A DNA stretch of 64,000 bases from Myxococcota bacterium (GTDB taxonomy: Bacteria > Myxococcota_A > UBA796 > CAJQPC01). Below the pieces are notes generated by a model, which did not search any database, was not told where the DNA came from, and worked only from the letters and a program-made list of their open reading frames with translations. This document shows, in pieces, positions 7,373-15,614 of this stretch; the stretch's first letter is position 1, and each line of letters begins with the position of its first letter. The stretch is taken from the NCBI GenBank assembly GCA_036012755.1, contig DASCPX010000087.1, positions 1 through 64,000 on the forward strand. Reading direction: 5' to 3'. The position numbers and the translations under genes are program-made.

Positions 7373-9166
7373 TTATTCCTCGATCAGGCCACCGCCATCC
7401 CACTGGCCGATATTAAAGATAACAAATTCTGCGGGCTTCACCGGACAAATTCCGACCTGGACGTTCACCTGCCCCGCATCGATGAGGTAGCGAGGGTTCG
7501 TCTCCTCGTCACACTTGACGTAGAACGCCTCCTCAGGCGTGTTTCCGAAGAGGGCCCCGGCGCGCCAGACGCGAAGGAGATACGCGCGGACATCGCGGAC
7601 GAGCTTCTTCCAGAGGGTCTGATCGTTGGGCTCGAAGACGGCCCACTGCGATCCGATCATGATCGACTGCTCGACCATGATGAAGAGGCGGCGCACGTTG
7701 ATGTACTTCCAGGAGGGGTCGCTCTTGGTCCCGAGGGTGCGCGCACCCCAGACCCGGATGCCGCGATCCTTGAAGACGCGGATGACGTTGATCCCGCGCT
7801 CGTTGTACTGGCCCTGCTCGATCCGGTTGATGTTCTGTGACAGGCCGGTGATCCCGAGCACCAGCTCGTTGGCCGGCGCCTTGTGCACGCCGCGCTCACC
7901 ATCGACCCGGGCGTAGATCCCGCAGAGGTGGCCGCTGGGCGGAACGAAGAGCTCGTTCTTCTCGGTCCTGAGCAGCTTGCGACGGTTGGGGCCGGTGACC
8001 TTGATGTGGTCCTGGTTGCCGGAGAACCAGCTCGGCTTGGTGACCTTGAGCCAGGGCACATACAGCGCGCCGTAGCCCTTCTGGCTGGCCGGGATGTCCA
8101 TGCCGCCGTCAGAGACGATGGGGCCGTCGAGGATGGCAAAGCGATCCTTGCGGATCTCGCACATCTCGAGCATCTCCTTCTGCTGGTTCGGGCTCAGGCC
8201 CGGCGCGGCCATGATGGCCATGTCGTCGACGTCGTCGAAGGCGTAGAGCCCGAGCTTGTCGGCCTGGTTCTCGCGAACCGAGACGTGGAGATGGCTCGCA
8301 CCCATCAGGTAGACGTAGGCCTTGCCGCCGCCGTTGTCGTAGAAGCCGTTGACGCCTGCGACGAAGTTGAAGACGCTCGGCTGGCTCAGGAAGTCCTGGA
8401 ACTCCTTCTTCAGCGCGGCGTCGCGGGCGAGGGCCTCGTAGACGGCGTCGGCGGCATCGTCCGGGTCGTCGAAGACAGCGCCGGGGATGATGTCGTCGAG
8501 CGGGCGGGTGGCCAGCAGGTACTCGGCGAAGAAGCTCTGCAGCCAGCGGAAGAACTCGCTCTTGTTCGTCACCGCCACGGGCGGGATCGAGTACTCGGAG
8601 TTCAGCGCCGACTCGGCCGCGCCCTCGAAGTTGAAGCCGTAGACCGCGAGCAGATCCTTGGCGTGCCTCGGCTGGGGGCGATCGAGGGCGAAGGTGTCGC
8701 TGATCTTGTTGAGCAGCGCCTCGACGGCCTCGTCGTCGTCCGTGACGACCTGGCCCTTGAGGTCGAGGTGGATCTCGGGCAGCTGCACCTTCTTGGTCTT
8801 GTCAGCGGCATCCTCGATCTTCACGCGGCCCTTGGCGCCCTTGCCGAAGGTGACCTTGTGACCGTTGATCTCGAGCAGCTTGGCGACGTCCTTGACCTGC
8901 CGGTTCTTGAAGCGGAAGGCCTCTGTCAGGGCAGCGCCTGCCTCGGCCTTGTTGCCCGAGACCTTTCCAGCGGTGTCGACCAGCTGCGGCGGGACCTTGC
9001 CCTGCAGCGCTCGCCTGCCGTCGTTGCCAGAGACCGCCGTCGCGTCGCTGGGAGGGTTGAATTCGAAGAGGCCAAGAAAACCCGGAATAGCCGTCGAGAC
9101 ACTCTCGATCGGCTTGGGGCCACTGTCGACTTCGCGGATGTAGACGCCTGGAGTCTTGTATTCCAC
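7373..9166 (-). CDS. Phage tail sheath protein (eCIS major sheath)
   Basis: YKTPGVYIREVDSG start, GFYDNGG, YVPWL, PPSGH.CG, GVHKAPAN, VWGARTL, YINVRRL, WAVFEPN, PVKPAEFVIF. Confidence 0.97.
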   Translation of the reverse strand: MEYKTPGVYIREVDSGPKPIESVSTAIPGFLGLFEFNPPSDATAVSGNDGRRALQGKVPPQLVDTAGKVSGNKAEAGAALTEAFRFKNRQVKDVAKLLEINGHKVTFGKGAKGRVKIEDAADKTKKVQLPEIHLDLKGQVVTDDDEAVEALLNKISDTFALDRPQPRHAKDLLAVYGFNFEGAAESALNSEYSIPPVAVTNKSEFFRWLQSFFAEYLLATRPLDDIIPGAVFDDPDDAADAVYEALARDAALKKEFQDFLSQPSVFNFVAGVNGFYDNGGGKAYVYLMGASHLHVSVRENQADKLGLYAFDDVDDMAIMAAPGLSPNQQKEMLEMCEIRKDRFAILDGPIVSDGGMDIPASQKGYGALYVPWLKVTKPSWFSGNQDHIKVTGPNRRKLLRTEKNELFVPPSGHLCGIYARVDGERGVHKAPANELVLGITGLSQNINRIEQGQYNERGINVIRVFKDRGIRVWGARTLGTKSDPSWKYINVRRLFIMVEQSIMIGSQWAVFEPNDQTLWKKLVRDVRAYLLRVWRAGALFGNTPEEAFYVKCDEETNPRYLIDAGQVNVQVGICPVKPAEFVIFNIGQWDGGGLIEE

Positions 9167-9169
9167 GAC

Positions 9170-10024
9170 TTATTCCTCCGTGTCTTCTGGCTTCTTTCTA
9201 TCGAAGCGCCTGCGTACGTTGTGGGCCTCTGGCCCGGGGGGTTTGCTGATCCGTCCGGAAGTGGGCCGGCCCATGACACGGGACCTCGGCTTCTTCTTCT
9301 GGTGCGGGAAGTGGGTGTCCTTCGGAAGTAGGCCTTCCTCGTGATCGCCCATTGCGATGCCGGAGCCGCCCTCTGTCGAGGTCAGCGGGCCATCGAGCGC
9401 CACGCGGGCCCTGTACGTCAGGAAGGGACGGTAGGGCGCCTCGTGGAGCGTGTAGAGGTTGATGGCGTCTCCGACGGTGAGATCGTCGACCAGCGCGAGG
9501 CTGACCTTCTCGACCTGCAGCTCGGCGCGCCAGGTGTCGCCCTTGGGATCCCAGGGCTCGCCGTAGCTGTTGACCGCCTCGCCCGTGGGCAGGATGAAGC
9601 GCCTCGGGCGGTAGATCAGCCGTGGGGTGCTGTTGAGCGTCAGCAGGACCCAACCGAGGAGGCGCTCCGCGTCCGAGCGGAACTTCGCGTGCACGCCGAC
9701 GAGGTAGAAGAGGTCCATCAACAGCGGCGGCCGGTGGTAGAAGTACTCCTTCTCCCCGTTGGCGCCGGTGACCTCCAGCGGGGCGAGGCGCAGCCGCTTC
9801 TGGTTCATCAGGTTGGGGTTCATCCCCGCCCGGTACATGTAGACGTAGATGACCTCTTCCCGGTCCTTCGGGACGAACTTCAGGTCCTCTTCGAGGCGCG
9901 GCGGACGCTCCGTGACGTCGTAGCAGTCGAGGAGCCGCTTGTGGATGGCCTCCGTGACCTCGCCGATCGTCTGGTAGGACGACAGCGGCCCTGTCTGGAA
10001 CTGCTGGGGCTGGAGCTCGGTCAC
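9170..10024 (-). CDS. Pvc16/Afp16-like (DUF4255) cap/terminator protein
   Basis: TIGEVTEAI, IYVYMY...NPNLMN, RPPLLMDLFYLV, LLGWVLLTL, PYRPFLTYRARV; GTG at 10024 overlaps the upstream TGA. Confidence 0.8.
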   Translation of the reverse strand: MTELQPQQFQTGPLSSYQTIGEVTEAIHKRLLDCYDVTERPPRLEEDLKFVPKDREEVIYVYMYRAGMNPNLMNQKRLRLAPLEVTGANGEKEYFYHRPPLLMDLFYLVGVHAKFRSDAERLLGWVLLTLNSTPRLIYRPRRFILPTGEAVNSYGEPWDPKGDTWRAELQVEKVSLALVDDLTVGDAINLYTLHEAPYRPFLTYRARVALDGPLTSTEGGSGIAMGDHEEGLLPKDTHFPHQKKKPRSRVMGRPTSGRISKPPGPEAHNVRRRFDRKKPEDTEE

Positions 10025-10458
10025 GGCTCCACTTTCCACAGGCGGGTGCGCGGGGCGCTCGGCACCGTGCGGGTCTCCGCGGGGCTCTTGAAGGAGATCC
10101 GCGGGCGCTCGACGACGCCGAGGAGGTCGCTCAGACGATCGGGTCTGGCGAGCCTCTGGCGCGGCTCGATCACCACCTGGCGCTGCGGCATGCTCGTGTG
10201 GAGCTTGTATGGCGTGCGCACCAGGCGGATCAGCTGCGGCGCGTTGGGCTCTGGTCTGGCCCCCGGGTGCAGCCTCCGGACCTTGCCCTCGCGCCGCCTG
10301 CGGGGCTCCTTCAGCTTGGGCTCCAGCACCTCGCGATCCAGCCTGCCACCGAGCTTCGCGGCCAGCTCGGTGAGACCGATCTGGTGCTCTCCCGGAAGCC
10401 TCCGGTGAAGCCGCGCGGCGATGCCTTTCAAGCGTTCTCCTGGGGGACCGTGTGCCAC
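10021..10458 (-). CDS. Basic hypothetical protein, first gene of the eCIS operon
   Basis: Its TGA overlaps the cap gene GTG (GTGA), suggesting translational coupling; no family recognised. Confidence 0.5.
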   Translation of the reverse strand: MAHGPPGERLKGIAARLHRRLPGEHQIGLTELAAKLGGRLDREVLEPKLKEPRRRREGKVRRLHPGARPEPNAPQLIRLVRTPYKLHTSMPQRQVVIEPRQRLARPDRLSDLLGVVERPRISFKSPAETRTVPSAPRTRLWKVEP

Positions 10459-10543
10459 GGACCCATCGGGTGGGGAAGCGCAGGCTACAGGAGTCGTGAA
10501 TCTGCGGTCAAGGCGCGGACGAAACCACGGTTATGCTCCCGCC

Positions 10544-11236
10544 ATGGACCGCCAGCGAAAGCCCAACAAATCCCGCGGCCGACCGGGGTCGCGAATCCGC
10601 CACGGGGGCTCCCAGGAAAAGGCCGACGACAAGACCTCGCGCATGCTGAAGAACCTGCACGGCTCGCTCGGAAACCAGGGTCTCGAGGAGATTCTCAACG
10701 CGCGAAACGGACGCAGGGACGACATGCTCAAGTTCGTCTGCGAGCGCCTCAAGACGATCCGCCAGGTCCAGCTGACCGAGGCCCGAGAGTGGAACGACCA
10801 GCGGGAGTGGCACAAGACCGTCTTCAAGGGGAAGGAGGGGCACCACCTGCCCGAGCCGGCCCGCTGGAAGCAGGCCGCCGAGCACTTCAAGAAGGCCGGT
10901 GACGCCCTCTGCCGAGGGGATCTCGGTCGGGCCAAGCAGTCCATGGACGAGGCGCTGGAAGCGGAGCAGGCTGCCTTCGACGCGATCCCCATCAGCGTGC
11001 AGGACGAGCTGCAGTCCTCGACGACGGCGGCTGCCGGGGAGGCGCCGAGCGCCGCGGACAACCTCAACAGCGACGACACCTGCAGCGCCTGCGAGCGCCC
11101 CAAGGAGCTGAAGCTGGCGGATCGGATCATCGCGCTGCAGCCCACCATCCGGAACGTGAGCCAGCGCTCCAACCAGCCTCACACCTGGTTCCTCGAGGAA
11201 GAGGAGGAGGAAGAGGAAGAGGCCGATGGCGCCTGA
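10544..11236 (+). CDS. Hypothetical helical protein with LHGSLGNQGL motif and poly-Glu end
   Basis: Strong GC3 codon pattern from ATG 10544; divergent from the eCIS operon; overlaps the next gene start. Confidence 0.7.
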   Translation: MDRQRKPNKSRGRPGSRIRHGGSQEKADDKTSRMLKNLHGSLGNQGLEEILNARNGRRDDMLKFVCERLKTIRQVQLTEAREWNDQREWHKTVFKGKEGHHLPEPARWKQAAEHFKKAGDALCRGDLGRAKQSMDEALEAEQAAFDAIPISVQDELQSSTTAAAGEAPSAADNLNSDDTCSACERPKELKLADRIIALQPTIRNVSQRSNQPHTWFLEEEEEEEEEADGA

Positions 11237-12341
11237 GCTCCTGGGCGCGCTCGTCGGCATGGAGACGATCTCGAACCGCCCGATCACAGAGGCCGCGGCG
11301 CTCATGGCTACCCGCGCAGAGGACCAGGGCTTCCAGGTCGAGCTCTTCGAGGACGACCAGGACGCGGGCAAGGTGAACGTCGTCTGCTCGGCGGGCCCAC
11401 GGACGGGAGAGGGGCTGATCCTGAGCGGCCACATGGACGTCGTGCCGGTCGAGGGGCAGCCCTGGTCGAGCGATCCCTTCAGGCTCACCGAACGGGACGG
11501 GCGGCTCTACGGGCGGGGCACCAGCGACATGAAGGCCTTCCTCGCCGCCACGGTCGAGGGACTCGAGCGCATCGAACTCTCCAAGCTCAGATCCGAGCTG
11601 GTGCTGGTCTGGACCCACGACGAGGAGATCGGCTGCGTCGGATCGCGCGAGCTCGTCCGCAGGCTGGCGCTCTCGGGCCGTGTCCTGCCCCGAACCTGCT
11701 GGATCGGAGAGCCCACCGACTTCCAGGTCTTCCGCATGCACCCGGGACACGTGGCGATGAAGGTGACGACCCGGGGGCTCTCCGCGCACTCCTCGAAGCC
11801 GGACCTCGGCAGGAGCGCCCTCAAGGAGATGGCGAGGGTCATCCGCGTCGTAGAGGAGATCGAGGTCTCCGAGCGCCGGAGCACGCGCTACTCCGAGCTG
11901 CTCGAGCGCCCCTACGTGACGATGAACATGGCGCAGATCCGGGGGGGCGTCGCCGTGAACCTCGTGCCGGACATGGTCGAGATGACCATCGGCTACCGGC
12001 CGCTCCCGGGGGACGACCCGGTGCGGGTCCACGACCTGATCCGGGACCGGATCGGTGACCTGGAGGCCGACACAGAGATCCTTCGGATCACACCGGCGAT
12101 GCTCACGGCGGAGGGCACCCCGCTCCAGCACCTGCTCTGCGAGCACGCCTCGACGACGAAGCTGGGGGCGGCCTCGTTCGCCACGGACGGGGGCAACTTC
12201 GAGGAGCTCGGCATCTCCTCGCTGATCTTCGGTCCTGGGAGCATCGACGTGGCCCACGCCCCCGACGAGTACGTGAGCATCGCGGCGCTTTCGAAGGCGG
12301 TCGATGTGGTAGAGGCCGTCGTGAGACGGAGCTGCACGTGA
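11226..12341 (+). CDS. argE: Acetylornithine deacetylase-like M20 metallo-amidohydrolase
   Basis: LILSGHMDVVP, LYGRGTSDMK, THDEEIGC.G, IGEPT, SAHSS, GPGSIDVAH.PDEYV. Confidence 0.85.
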   Translation: MAPELLGALVGMETISNRPITEAAALMATRAEDQGFQVELFEDDQDAGKVNVVCSAGPRTGEGLILSGHMDVVPVEGQPWSSDPFRLTERDGRLYGRGTSDMKAFLAATVEGLERIELSKLRSELVLVWTHDEEIGCVGSRELVRRLALSGRVLPRTCWIGEPTDFQVFRMHPGHVAMKVTTRGLSAHSSKPDLGRSALKEMARVIRVVEEIEVSERRSTRYSELLERPYVTMNMAQIRGGVAVNLVPDMVEMTIGYRPLPGDDPVRVHDLIRDRIGDLEADTEILRITPAMLTAEGTPLQHLLCEHASTTKLGAASFATDGGNFEELGISSLIFGPGSIDVAHAPDEYVSIAALSKAVDVVEAVVRRSCT

Positions 12342-12640
12342 TCTGGTTGTTGGCCTGCGTGCCGTCGGTGGAGGTGGCCCCGGAGAGAGCCGCGCGCAGC
12401 TACTGCCAGCGGGCAGAGGACTGCAGTCTGTTGCAAGAGGGCGAGCGCAAGGAGACCTGCGAGCCGAACACCACAGAGGCCTTCGAGGCCCTCTGGGACG
12501 AGAGCGTCTGCGAAGAGGGCTTCGACCGGAAGCCCTACAAGGCTTGCGAGACGCTGATCGCGACCTGGGACTGCGACGACATCAGCGCCGGGTGGACCGA
12601 CATCGGCGAGACCTGCAGCGCGCGGACGGTCTGCAAGTAG
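12338..12640 (+). CDS. Small Cys-rich lipoprotein
   Basis: GTGA overlap with argE; MIWLLAC lipobox; eight further cysteines. Confidence 0.65.
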   Translation: MIWLLACVPSVEVAPERAARSYCQRAEDCSLLQEGERKETCEPNTTEAFEALWDESVCEEGFDRKPYKACETLIATWDCDDISAGWTDIGETCSARTVCK

Positions 12641-12641
12641 G

Positions 12642-13712
12642 TCAACGCGCGCCCAGCTTCTCCCAGACCGCGACGGGCTTGCCCCCGCGGTGGACGGCGT
12701 AGCGGGGGTAGAGGGCCGCCGCGAGACAGCTGTGGTTGGGCACGATGCGCAGGCGGTCGCCGACGCGGATGCTGCGGAGGTCGCCGGTGAGCTTGCCGTG
12801 TTCCTGGGACAGGCTGACCAGCTTCAGGTCTCGGGGGGTGCCGTCGAGATCACAGACGACGCCATGGCCGCAGTCGGGGTCCACGTGGCGGGGACCCGGG
12901 TCCTTCGAGAGCGCCAAGGCTCCGGCATCGCAGATGGCCGTCTTGCGGTTGGGGTAGACGCCGATGATGCTGGTCACCACCGTCATGGCGCAGTCGGCGA
13001 GGGAACAGCTGCCGATGGCGACCCCGAAGGCGTCGAAGAAGACGTAGTTGCCCGGTCGCACCTCTGTGACCCCGTCGAAGCGCTCGCCGTGGACGCAGGT
13101 CGGGGTGGAGCCGATGCTGATCCCCTCGACTGGGATGCCCTCTGCCCGGAGCCGCCCGGCGAAGGCGACGGTGACCCAGCGCTCCTCCTCCGCGACGGCT
13201 CGCACCTGCTCGACGGTCCTGCAGGCGTAGCTGTGGCCGCCGTGGGCGAGCACGCCTCGAAAGCGCACGCTCGGAGCCTCGTGGAGGCGGCGAGCGAGCA
13301 CGACGGCCTCGTCGCTGTGTGGATCGACGCCGGCGCGCCCATTGCCGCAGTCGACCTTCAGCCAGACCGAGCAGGGGTGGGCGCGGACGACATCGACCGC
13401 CTCCTTGGAGTCGACGAGGAGCCCGAGCCCCAGGGCGACCGCCGAGGGGACCCGAGACAGGGCGATGGGCACAGCGAGGGTGATGTCCGTGAAGCCCTGC
13501 TGGCGGAAGAAGCGACCCTCGTCCAGGGTGGCGACGGTGATCGCGCCCGAGTGTCCCCTGACCTGCAGGCGGGCGGCCTCGAGGCACTTGTGGGTCTTCA
13601 CGTGGGGGCGCAGACCAACCCCGAGCGCCAGGAACTTCGCCGAGACGCGCCTGGTGTTGGCCTCGACGATGGCCTCGTCGACCACCGCGCAGGGGGTGGG
13701 GAGCGTCCTCAC
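12642..13712 (-). CDS. PLP-dependent D-serine dehydratase / D-threonine aldolase-like enzyme (fold type III)
   Basis: LRPHVKTHK, GSTPT, EVRPGNYVFFD, DAGALALSKD, SLSQEHG, IVPNHSC. Confidence 0.88.
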   Translation of the reverse strand: MRTLPTPCAVVDEAIVEANTRRVSAKFLALGVGLRPHVKTHKCLEAARLQVRGHSGAITVATLDEGRFFRQQGFTDITLAVPIALSRVPSAVALGLGLLVDSKEAVDVVRAHPCSVWLKVDCGNGRAGVDPHSDEAVVLARRLHEAPSVRFRGVLAHGGHSYACRTVEQVRAVAEEERWVTVAFAGRLRAEGIPVEGISIGSTPTCVHGERFDGVTEVRPGNYVFFDAFGVAIGSCSLADCAMTVVTSIIGVYPNRKTAICDAGALALSKDPGPRHVDPDCGHGVVCDLDGTPRDLKLVSLSQEHGKLTGDLRSIRVGDRLRIVPNHSCLAAALYPRYAVHRGGKPVAVWEKLGAR

Positions 13713-14989
13713 TCGAGCAGCTCGCCGCCGACCCAGACGCGCCGGACGAGGCCCGGGTGGCCGGCGAGGACCGCGGCGGGGAGGACCCGGCTGCCTTGGA
13801 GCACGGGGTGGTCGAGGTCTATCTCGACGAAGTCGGCGAGCTTGCCGATGGCGATCTCGCCTGCATCGAGGCCGAGGGAGCGAGCACCGTTTCGGCTACC
13901 CATCTCCAACAGGCGCAGGGCGAGCCCGTCGGGCTCTTCGGTCGCGAGCACGTTCCGCCGCCCCTGGCAGCCGCGAGCGTGCAGCTCGATGGCGGCGAGC
14001 TCATAGAAGGGATCGATGCGCGCGTGGCTGTCGGTGCCGACGCAGATCGGGATGTCCGCGAAGTGGTCGAGCGGGAGGAAGCCGTCGCCGAGGTCGAGCT
14101 CGGTCGACGGACAGGCGCAGATCGAGGCGCCGGACTGGCGCAACAGCTCGGCATCGCCTTCGCAGGGCCAGGTCATGTGGACGGCGGTGAAGCGCTCGGA
14201 GAGCAGCCCACAGTCCGCGAGCAAGCGGGTCGGAGAGACCCCGTGCTCGTCCTGGCAGAGGGTGTTCTCCTTCGGCTGCTCGCTGAGGTGGGCGTGGATC
14301 ACGCCGTCGAAGCTCGCCAGGACCTCGAGCCAGTCCCGCGGGACCGCGCGCACCGAGTGGGGCGCCAGGCCTATCGAGACAGCTGGATCCTGGATGTTCT
14401 GCAGCCGGCGGACCGCGTCGAGGACCTGCTGGGGGCGATCGTCGCAGAAGCGGCGCTGCTGCCTGGTGCGGTCCTGCCCGGGGCCTGCGCGGTGGTAGGC
14501 GACCCTCAAGAGGCAAATGCGCAGGCCGACTCTCCGGGCTGCTCGGATGACCCTCCGGGCGAGCTCCTCGCGATCGGCGTAGGGGCTTCCCTCGGGCAGG
14601 TGGTGGACGTAGTGGAACTCCCCGACGGAGGTGAAGCCCGCCCGGGCCATCTCGCGGAAGGCCTGCTCGCTGACGGCCTCGATGCCGTCGGCGTCGAGCT
14701 CGTTGGCGAGGCCGTACATGCGCTCGCGCCAGGTCCAGAAGTCGTCCATGCCAGGGGCGGCGTGCTGAACGTGACCGCGCAACGCGCGCTGGAAGGCGTG
14801 ACTGTGGGCGTTCACGAAGCCGGGCAGGATCCCGCTGCAGTCGGGCTCGCCCCGGGCCGCCCGGATCTCCGAGATGCGGTCCCCCTGGACGACTACCTCG
14901 AGCCCCCGCTGGAGTTGGCCCTCGAACAGAAGACCCTCCGGGCGCAGCGCCCGTGAGCTATCTTCGTTCTTGCGCAAAGGAGCAGCCAT
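13709..14989 (-). CDS. hutF: Formimidoylglutamate deiminase (exact start uncertain)
   Basis: PGFVNAHSHAFQRALRG, DFWTWRERMY, VGEFHYVHH, APHSVRAVP, HAHLSEQPKE, CPSTE.DLGDG, GTDSH. Confidence 0.88.
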   Translation of the reverse strand: MAAPLRKNEDSSRALRPEGLLFEGQLQRGLEVVVQGDRISEIRAARGEPDCSGILPGFVNAHSHAFQRALRGHVQHAAPGMDDFWTWRERMYGLANELDADGIEAVSEQAFREMARAGFTSVGEFHYVHHLPEGSPYADREELARRVIRAARRVGLRICLLRVAYHRAGPGQDRTRQQRRFCDDRPQQVLDAVRRLQNIQDPAVSIGLAPHSVRAVPRDWLEVLASFDGVIHAHLSEQPKENTLCQDEHGVSPTRLLADCGLLSERFTAVHMTWPCEGDAELLRQSGASICACPSTELDLGDGFLPLDHFADIPICVGTDSHARIDPFYELAAIELHARGCQGRRNVLATEEPDGLALRLLEMGSRNGARSLGLDAGEIAIGKLADFVEIDLDHPVLQGSRVLPAAVLAGHPGLVRRVWVGGELLE

Positions 14990-15614
14990 GCCACGGAAGA
15001 TCCCCGGAGAGGATACCGTCGATCGCCTGTTCGAGCGCGAGGAGCAGCTCGAGCGCGTCAGCGTGCCCGGTGGTGGCGAAGCCTACACCGGCCCCGAGGC
15101 CACGCGAGCTCTGCAGGCACTCGACGCCGAGGCCATGACCGTCGACGGCAGCATCATCGTGCAGGAGGGCTTCGATCCGAGCCGTCCAGCGGATGCAGCC
15201 CTGTTCGCCCACGAGCAGTACCACGTCGAAGAGGGTCGCCCCGGCGCGCTCACTCACGCCATCCACGACGCCGAGGAGGTCGCGGCTCGTGCTGTCGAGT
15301 CGATGGTCTTCCATCGAATGACCGGCGGATACGAGGGCGGCTACCAGCCCGGTGGCGGAGCAGGAGATGCCAAGGGGGGGCAGACCCCCGACCACGGCGG
15401 ACGGGGCACCAGCGAGTTCAACGCCGGCGCCGACACGAAACCAGAGGCCGTCGACGCAGATCCGGACGCCGCCCGCGGCTACCTGGCGATGAAGAAGCTG
15501 GGCATGAACCATGTCGACATCGTCGACAAGCTGGCCCGCGAGGTCGGCTCTGCGATGGACCAGCAGAAGGAGATCGGCCTGGGCAGGACGAGCGACCTGA
15601 AGGGCACGATCTAG
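14988..15614 (+). CDS. DUF4157-like (eCIS core) HExxH domain protein
   Basis: AAAGGAG RBS before ATG 14988; YTGPEA.RAL.AL.AEAMTV..SI...FDP...ALFAHEQYHV...EEVAARAVE. Confidence 0.7.
   Translation: MPRKIPGEDTVDRLFEREEQLERVSVPGGGEAYTGPEATRALQALDAEAMTVDGSIIVQEGFDPSRPADAALFAHEQYHVEEGRPGALTHAIHDAEEVAARAVESMVFHRMTGGYEGGYQPGGGAGDAKGGQTPDHGGRGTSEFNAGADTKPEAVDADPDAARGYLAMKKLGMNHVDIVDKLAREVGSAMDQQKEIGLGRTSDLKGTI

Noticed and set aside
4451..9166. Prophage or T6SS
   Set aside because: No capsid, portal, terminase or integrase, and no TssJLM/TssBC; the cap, ATPase and DUF6760 genes indicate eCIS.
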